In this document: positions 49,361 to 55,252 of the stretch, piece by piece | Position numbering within the stretch: position 1 is the stretch's first letter | How the letters are laid out: each line of letters opens with the position of its first letter | Notes under the pieces: generated by a model | The model's input: only the letters and a program-made list of their open reading frames with translations | Told to the model about the DNA's origin: nothing | The model's database searches: none | Assembly (NCBI GenBank): GCA_003141415.1 | Contig: PLLX01000162.1 | Span: forward strand, 7,015-62,266 | Direction: 5' to 3' | Length of the DNA: 55,252 nt | Source of the DNA: Bacteroidales bacterium | GTDB lineage: Bacteria; Bacteroidota; Bacteroidia; Bacteroidales; VadinHA17 | Made by a program: the position numbers and the translations under genes

Positions 49361-50032
49361 ATGAACAGGAATGATCAAATATTAATGACAGAAGAATTTG
49401 TCAGGCAAAATCTGAAAGCTTATGACAGTGGCCATGATTGGTGGCACATTGAAAGAGTCAGAAAACTGGCCTTATTTATAAATGAAATGGAACTACTTGC
49501 AGATCCTTTCGTTGTGGAGGTTACTGCGTTGCTTCATGATACGGCAGATTCGAAATTTGCGGGTGATAATAGTGAACAAGGTTATTTATTGATCTGCGAT
49601 TTCATGGATAAGTGCGAAATGTCTGAAATCAGGGATCGGGTTCTTAATGTTATAAAGAATGTCTCATTCAGCAACAAAAGTAAATCAGCCAACAAGGATG
49701 ATTCATTGCTCTGGGTAATACAGGATGCTGACAGGCTGGATGCGATAGGTGCCATTGGTGTTGCAAGGGCATTTAACTACGGGGGTTTCAGAAATAATAA
49801 AATATATAACCCTGAAATAATCAGTCCTGATGAATCCTTAAATGGAACTAATAAAACAGGAACTTCATCGACAATCAGCCATTTTTATGAGAAGCTTCTC
49901 CTTCTTAAATATCGTATGAATACCTTAACAGCAAAAAAACTTGCTGCGGAACGTCATGAATTTTTGGAAGTTTTTCTGAAGCAGTTTTATAAAGAATGGG
50001 AGTTTGGTACGGGAATATATAATCCCGGTTAA
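49361..50032 (+). CDS. HD-domain phosphohydrolase
   Basis: GHDWWHIERV, ALLHD, QDADRLDAIGA and HFYEKLL motifs. Confidence 0.92.
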   Translation: MNRNDQILMTEEFVRQNLKAYDSGHDWWHIERVRKLALFINEMELLADPFVVEVTALLHDTADSKFAGDNSEQGYLLICDFMDKCEMSEIRDRVLNVIKNVSFSNKSKSANKDDSLLWVIQDADRLDAIGAIGVARAFNYGGFRNNKIYNPEIISPDESLNGTNKTGTSSTISHFYEKLLLLKYRMNTLTAKKLAAERHEFLEVFLKQFYKEWEFGTGIYNPG

Positions 50033-50185
50033 CAAAAAAAGATCTCCTTGTTAAAAGAATAATAATGTAATAAATTGTGTATATTGCATTGTGTTCCAGG
50101 ACTTCCCCAGATGACATGCCTATACCACCATTTAAGGTGAAAAATTTAAACATCATTAATTTAGAACATTCTAAATAAGCATTTC

Positions 50186-50530
50186 ATGAAGAAGATAACA
50201 CTGATGTTTTATTTTATTCTCATGCTTTTCTTTTCGATTGAGTTCTTTTCCTGCAGGAAGGGAAATGCGGATAAATATCCAACAAATCCGGATTGGTTAA
50301 CTGAAAAGATTTCGCAGATGGATACTGCTACCTATTATGAAGGGACAGTTGTCTATTTATATAAATGGGATAATTATTATTACTATTTAATCTCAAATCC
50401 ATTGAGTAATTGTATTTTATGTGACTTCTATGATTACCAGGGACTAAAATATGAATGGTCGACCGACAAATTTGATGATTTTGAAAAAAATGGCAAAAGA
50501 ATTAAAGCAGTCTGGTCCAGACCTTTGTAG
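50186..50530 (+). CDS. Small lipoprotein of unknown function
   Basis: FFSC lipobox; P.WL motif; CxxC. Confidence 0.65.
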   Translation: MKKITLMFYFILMLFFSIEFFSCRKGNADKYPTNPDWLTEKISQMDTATYYEGTVVYLYKWDNYYYYLISNPLSNCILCDFYDYQGLKYEWSTDKFDDFEKNGKRIKAVWSRPL

Positions 50531-50545
50531 AGATTGGACATGCAA

Positions 50546-50656
50546 CAATCCTTTTTCCCGCTCGCTGATAATCAAGGAGTTAATCAAATTTTAACTCCTT
50601 TTTATTTCTCAATCTGCACAATATTTGCATACAGGTCTATTCTATACAATACCCTG
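50546..50656 (+). repeat. ~110-bp inverted repeat, left copy (starts with a tRNA-Gly 3'-end mimic)
   Basis: Reverse complement of 53240-53350, with 38 bp identical (50615-50652 vs 53244-53281). Confidence 0.85.
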
Positions 50657-50731
50657 AAATATAGCCGTTAATAAATAAAAGCTCCCGGAGCTGATTCCGA
50701 GGGCTTGCAATAAGTTATTTTGATCAATTGT

Positions 50732-51445
50732 CTATTGATCCTTCAAACAACGAACAGCGATACCAGACTTCTTATTGTCGATTTCCTCAGTAACAACGCT
50801 AGATCTGTAGCTCACATAATTACAGAAGGCATCAGTTGCTGTGTACTCTGTCGAACTCCACCAACCACCGAATTTGGCAAAGTCGACGAATGTTTCAGTG
50901 ATATGACGCCAGCCATTAGGAAGAGCTGTAAAATCTGTTTCATTGGTTGCCATATAATTAGGTTTTGTCCAATGAGTTGTGTCTATTTCTTTAAGTTTAC
51001 CTCCTGCAATTGCGTATCCTCCTAGATAGTTTTCTAAAGTTAACCACTCTGCATCTGAAGGTACATGCCAACCTGTCGGGCAAACATTTCTGGTGTCAGT
51101 TATTGCATACCATGTATATAATCTGCCATAAGTAGCAACATTATCTTCATTACCAGCATATGCCCACTGGTATTTTGGTTCGACTTCATTATAAATATCA
51201 AGTTCTGCAGGAGTGGTCGTTCCTATCAGGTCTCCATTACGGTACTTTGTTGTCTTCAAATTTTCTGTTAACCATACCTGTGTACCTATAATTACCGTAC
51301 CATAAATATTCCCGTCCCCATCAGTTACAGTAGAGGGCTTAATATCAGGTTGAATTGGATTATCTTTCTTACAACTGTTGAAAAGAATCAATACTAATCC
51401 CATTACTATTAATAGAATAAACCAAATTCTGTTTTTAGTTTTCAT
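50732..51445 (-). CDS. FISUMP (Fib_succ_major) domain lipoprotein
   Basis: D.DGN.Y.TV.IG.Q.W..ENL, YGRLYTW, CP.GWHVPS and VRCLKD motifs. Confidence 0.92.
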   Translation of the reverse strand: MKTKNRIWFILLIVMGLVLILFNSCKKDNPIQPDIKPSTVTDGDGNIYGTVIIGTQVWLTENLKTTKYRNGDLIGTTTPAELDIYNEVEPKYQWAYAGNEDNVATYGRLYTWYAITDTRNVCPTGWHVPSDAEWLTLENYLGGYAIAGGKLKEIDTTHWTKPNYMATNETDFTALPNGWRHITETFVDFAKFGGWWSSTEYTATDAFCNYVSYRSSVVTEEIDNKKSGIAVRCLKDQ

Positions 51446-51636
51446 GTTAGTTTATTTTAAGGAATATTTTCTTAGAGACTAATCATACCCATTTATTTAA
51501 TCAAAGTTACTAATTTCTTAATATTCAGATCCATTTTAAAACGAAACCCGGCTTTTATACCATTGGTAGTAATAAAATAAATTTGACTTTGGCATGGACA
51601 GGGTGTAACTTTGCGTAAAATTTAATCCAGTTCAAT

Positions 51637-52032
51637 ATGAAAACATCCACTAAGGTACTTTGTTGGACTGCAAGGATACTATGTATCTTAGCTATTCTTT
51701 TTATAAGTTTATTTGCTTTGGATTCTGTTTCCTCCGAACGCACCTTCTGGCAAAATGCCACTGCTTTACTAATGAGTCTTATTCCATCGTTTGTCCTGCT
51801 TGCTGCACTTATCATTGCATGGAAATGGGAAAAAACTGGCGGAATAATATTGACCATTATCGGATTGGCATTAAGCATATTTGTCTTTGTTCTCGATTAT
51901 AAAAGGAATCATTTTCCCGTTGCGAATAGTCTTAAGAATGCACTTATACTTGCTATTCCCTTTGTTCTGGCGGGTATTTTGTTTATACTAAGTCACTATA
52001 GAAAGAAGAAAGAACTTTCCGGTGTTCAGTAA
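51637..52032 (+). CDS. Four-TM membrane protein
   Basis: Four hydrophobic segments; IAWKWE.TGG; upstream TTTG-N20-TAACTTTG promoter. Confidence 0.75.
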   Translation: MKTSTKVLCWTARILCILAILFISLFALDSVSSERTFWQNATALLMSLIPSFVLLAALIIAWKWEKTGGIILTIIGLALSIFVFVLDYKRNHFPVANSLKNALILAIPFVLAGILFILSHYRKKKELSGVQ

Positions 52033-52301
52033 CAGACTACTCCTGCAGAGCTGATTTTTTCCCAGTTTATATCTTTCTGATTATTTTATAGCCACAACCC
52101 TCGGGATCAGCTCCGGGGGCTTACTGTTGAAAATAAATATGACTTTGTCCCTGAGCTAGTTTAAATTGGTCAATCTTTTATCAGATTAGGATAAGAAGCA
52201 CGAAACCTGCCCAGCGAGGCCCTCGATAGAAATGCCGGGGGTTTCACGTTTTAATAGTGCCGATTATTGTGAAATTCATAACTTACATTAAAAATCAAAC
52301 T

Positions 52302-52613
52302 ATGAAGACAATTGAAGAGCGCAAAGTCATACTTGAAAATGAAGTAACAAAACAACTAAAAAAAGGCTGGCGAATAACAAGCAAAACAGAAACAGGCTGC
52401 CAGTTGCAAAAAGAGAAGGGAATAGACGGGTATTTAGCAGTATTTTTATTTTTTCTGGCTATTTTACCGGGAATAATCTACCTGATAGTGGCTCATGGGA
52501 AAACAATCAGTATTTTTATTGAAGTTTCTGAAAGTGGCGAAATAATTTATTCCAGTCAGGACGTACCATCCCGGCAATTAAAAGAGGCATCCATGCGTGC
52601 AAACGCACGTTAA
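52302..52613 (+). CDS. Small membrane protein of unknown function
   Basis: MKTIEERK...GWRI...; one TM region (LPGIIYL). Confidence 0.65.
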   Translation: MKTIEERKVILENEVTKQLKKGWRITSKTETGCQLQKEKGIDGYLAVFLFFLAILPGIIYLIVAHGKTISIFIEVSESGEIIYSSQDVPSRQLKEASMRANAR

Positions 52614-52624
52614 AATTCAAAACC

Positions 52625-52930
52625 ATGAAAAAACTTTTATTGATTTCTGCAATGTTTCTCTTAAGTATAGCATCTTATTCACAGACGTTTAAAAGTTCTT
52701 CTGTTAACGAAACGTAACCTAAATTTGAAACTGATACGAAAGACAGAATGATCACAATATCAGATATAGAGATTACAGTCACAAACTTCTTAGATGGCGG
52801 TGTAAAAACATGGAATCTGATTGTTAATAAAATTGAGAATAAAGATTGGATGTATGACGGACTCTAAAAGACTTACTATTGTACTGCTCAGGATAAGGAT
52901 ATTATTTCTGGTACTTATCACAAGGCTATT
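52625..52930 (+). pseudogene. Decayed secreted-protein gene
   Basis: MKKLLLISAMFLLSIASYSQ signal peptide; the frame continues through two in-frame TAA stops. Confidence 0.55.
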
Positions 52931-53239
52931 GATAATCATTTTTATTGTCATTGTCCTGATAACTCCTTGGTTATGCTCTTGTAACAATGCGATGATTAAA
53001 ATACAACATCGGAGAACTTTGTCATCAGCTTATACTCATCAGGGGAAATACATTCCCCATAACAGCATTGCGGTAAACCGGAACAGTATTCAGAAGCAAA
53101 ATGTTAAATGCTCTAAGAAATAAATTTGACTTTGACCCCGGCACTTCATAAATTTGAATTGCCAGTAGTATTGACTTTCTTTTTTATTAAGTCACGGAAC
53201 TAAAAAGCCGGGGTTTTCTATTTTATCAACATGATTGAT

Positions 53240-53350
53240 CAGAGTATTGTATAGAATAGACCTGTATGCAAATATTGTGCAAATTGATAAATAAAAAAGG
53301 AGCTAAACTCTGTTAACGCTTTGATTTTCAGCAAGCGGGAAAGGGGATTG
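53240..53350 (-). repeat. ~110-bp inverted repeat, right copy
   Basis: Partner of 50546-50656; contains AGCGGGAAAGGGGATT identical to the tRNA-Gly 3' end. Confidence 0.85.
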
Positions 53351-53471
53351 CTTCGCCTTCTGCTCAGCGATCCCAGCGGGGATGCTTTCACATAAAAAGC
53401 CACTTCGTGGCTATTTTTGCAATTTCCACATCCCTCCTCCAGGTAAACCTGAGTCGGTCTGTGTAAATTAC

Positions 53472-53497
53472 AAAAAGGCTGTTTGCACAGCCTTTTT
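53472..53497 (-). terminator. Terminator after tRNA-Gly
   Basis: AAAAAGGCTGT-TTGC-ACAGCCTTTTT. Confidence 0.75.
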
Positions 53498-53502
53498 ATT
53501 TG

Positions 53503-53574
53503 AGCGGGAAAGGGGATTCGAACCCCCGACCCTCAGCTTGGGAAGCTGATGCTCTACCCCTGAGCTACTCCCGC
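53503..53574 (-). tRNA. tRNA-Gly(CCC)
   Basis: Cloverleaf GCGGGAG...CAGC-TTCCCAA-GCTG...GGTTCGAATCC...TTCCCGCT. Confidence 0.96.
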
Positions 53575-53708
53575 AATTTTTTTAAGATTGTCAAAAATAA
53601 TGAATAGATTCATTTCAGCAAATTAATTATTTGACGCTTTTATTGTTTTTAATATTAATCATTACTTTTAGCAGGATGCAATTATTATATATTTTCAGAA
53701 GAAAAAAA

Positions 53709-54371
53709 ATGCTACAAAAAAAAATAAAATTATTCGCAGTCGCCATCTTTTTGCTAGGAATAACAGGATGTCAGACTCATTCAGTAAAGGATGTTGATGG
53801 CAACAAATACAAAACTGTAACTATCGGAACTCAGGTCTGGATGGCAGAGAATTTAAAGACAACTAAATACAATGATGGTACAGAAATACCGCTTGTTACC
53901 AACAACGACAACTGGGCAAAGCTGACAACCCCTGCATATTCGTGGTACGATAATGACACTGCTGAAAACAAGAAGACATATGGAGCTTTATATAATTGGT
54001 ACACTGTAAATACCAATAAATTGTGCCCAAAGGGCTGGCATGTGCCAACCGATGGAGATTGGATGATTATGGTTACTTATTTGAAAGAAGGAGAGTCTGT
54101 TGGTGGCAGTATGAAAGAGGTTGGTACCAGCCATTGGAAAATTCCTAATACCGGAGCTACCAATAAAAGTGGTTTTACGGCCCTACCTGGAGGTTATCGA
54201 AGTGTTGAGGGTATATTCAATTATATTGGAATATTTGGGTATTGGTGGTCATCAACCGAGTACAATAATACAACTGTCTTTTTTTGGTACCTGCGTTATA
54301 AATACAATTCAGTGTACAAAGATCGAAGTGAAAAGTATTGTGGCTTTTCTGTTCGTTGTGTCATGGACTGA
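53709..54371 (+). CDS. FISUMP domain lipoprotein
   Basis: ITGC lipobox; DVDGNKYKTV.IG.Q.WMAENL, YGALYNW, CPKGWHVP and SVRCV motifs. Confidence 0.92.
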   Translation: MLQKKIKLFAVAIFLLGITGCQTHSVKDVDGNKYKTVTIGTQVWMAENLKTTKYNDGTEIPLVTNNDNWAKLTTPAYSWYDNDTAENKKTYGALYNWYTVNTNKLCPKGWHVPTDGDWMIMVTYLKEGESVGGSMKEVGTSHWKIPNTGATNKSGFTALPGGYRSVEGIFNYIGIFGYWWSSTEYNNTTVFFWYLRYKYNSVYKDRSEKYCGFSVRCVMD

Positions 54372-54443
54372 CCATTTGCAAAGAGTTAGAGCCCTGCACA
54401 CCATTCTTCTGAAGTAATCACATCCGCCTGCCGGGGAAAAATT

Positions 54444-54740
54444 TTAATCGCCAGGCTTAGGTTCAATAAACATATACACCTTAGCTGCTTCTTCCGTATC
54501 AAAATGAATAGTCCTATTTTTCAACACTGAAAAAAATTTATTATTCGGAATAACTTCAGGGTATCCTTTCCTAAACCCAACGACGACATATATAACAGGC
54601 ATTTTATTATTACGAGCCGTTTGTATGATTTTAGTAATAGAATTTATGAAGTACATGTCATCCTTTAACATTTTTACGGTGGTACTCTGAACATCCATCA
54701 CTAATAGAGCAGTGTTTTGATTTTTATTATTTTGTTCCAT
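54444..54740 (-). pseudogene. Truncated isochorismatase/cysteine hydrolase
   Basis: TALLVMDVQ and PVIYV motifs; ends at P..GD before the catalytic Lys/Cys region. Confidence 0.75.
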
Positions 54741-54973
54741 CTTTTGTACCTTTAATAATAATCTATTTGTATTAACTGTTGATAGATTGCAGAACTCTTT
54801 AGATGTAAATGAGTAGTGATTTTGTTTTTCATAACTATAAGTATTAGTATTAACTATTTACAGAGTTTATCGAGACACTTGAACAGAGATTGAATTACTC
54901 CCGAATTAGTCTCGCCTGTAAGTAGTTTAACACATATAGTTTGATGTTAATAGATTGATATTCAATGTTTTTG

Positions 54974-55046
54974 AGCCTCCAATGGGACTCGAACCCACGA
55001 CCTGCTCATTACGAATGAGCTGCTCTACCAGCTGAGCTAAGGAGGC
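54974..55046 (-). tRNA. tRNA-Thr(CGT)
   Basis: GCCTCCTTAGCTCAGCTGGTAGAGC...CTCA-TTCGTAA-TGAG...GGTTCGAGTCC. Confidence 0.96.
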
Positions 55047-55072
55047 AAAAGTTTTCGCAAATATAAAGAAAT

Positions 55073-55252
55073 TCATTCCAACTTTTCAAGCCTTTGGAGT
55101 AACGGAGGATGGGAATAATGAAAAAACACATAAGCCGGATGGGGCATCATATTCGAAAGGTTTTTTACTGAAAGCTTTTTTAATGCTGTCGCTAATATTT
55201 CGGATCTGAAGTTTTCTTTCGCAAATCTGTCAGCTGCAAATTCATTTTTTCG
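55073..55252 (-). CDS. C-terminus of an M48 (Ste24/HtpX-like) metallopeptidase, partial
   Basis: RKNEFAAD.FA...L.KL...NLSN..PHP.Y...HYSHPPLLQRL*. Confidence 0.85.
   Translation of the reverse strand, partial: RKNEFAADRFAKENFRSEILATALKKLSVKNLSNMMPHPAYVFFHYSHPPLLQRLEKLE

Noticed and set aside
49102-49374. 90-aa ORF upstream of the HD protein
   Set aside because: Lies over a REP-like repeat; likely spurious.
52790-53123. ORFs 52790-52987 and 52821-53123
   Set aside because: Alternative frames of the decayed secreted-protein gene starting at 52625.
1-55252. CRISPR array, rRNA, prophage, integron or reverse transcriptase system
   Set aside because: I saw no repeat-spacer array, rRNA, phage structural, integrase or RT genes.

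Overview
A Bacteroidota (Bacteroidales-like) chromosomal window; the taxon is inferred from gene content and TAnnTTTG promoters. The housekeeping backbone includes a RelA/SpoT homolog, typA, ybaK, gyrA, clpC, rimO, ftsY, rpmG, rpmB, cinA, tRNA-Gly(CCC) and tRNA-Thr(CGT). Other modules are an XRE-IrrE/PIN pair, an ECF sigma operon, a dinB-dnaE2 mutagenesis cassette with a divergent LexA-like repressor, a large GH2 lipoprotein and a peptidoglycan-recycling operon. Three accessory structures stand out. (1) A ~1.8 kb candidate mobile element (about 44099-45902) encodes only two paralogous DUF1670-like proteins. It has 13-bp subterminal inverted repeats, sits at the apex of a REP-like hairpin between ftsY and rimO, and carries a perfect 17-bp internal hairpin and a possible -1 frameshift fusion. 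(2) An AT-rich candidate defence island (about 29.6-35.8 kb) encodes an SMC/Rad50-like ATPase, a small winged-helix-like protein and a PD-(D/E)xK nuclease, with a convergent N4/N6 DNA methyltransferase; Xer/dif-like sites bracket it. (3) A 2.8 kb segment (50546-53350) is bounded by ~110-bp inverted repeats that each begin with a copy of the 3' end of the adjacent tRNA-Gly. All family calls come from motif recognition by eye; no searches were run.
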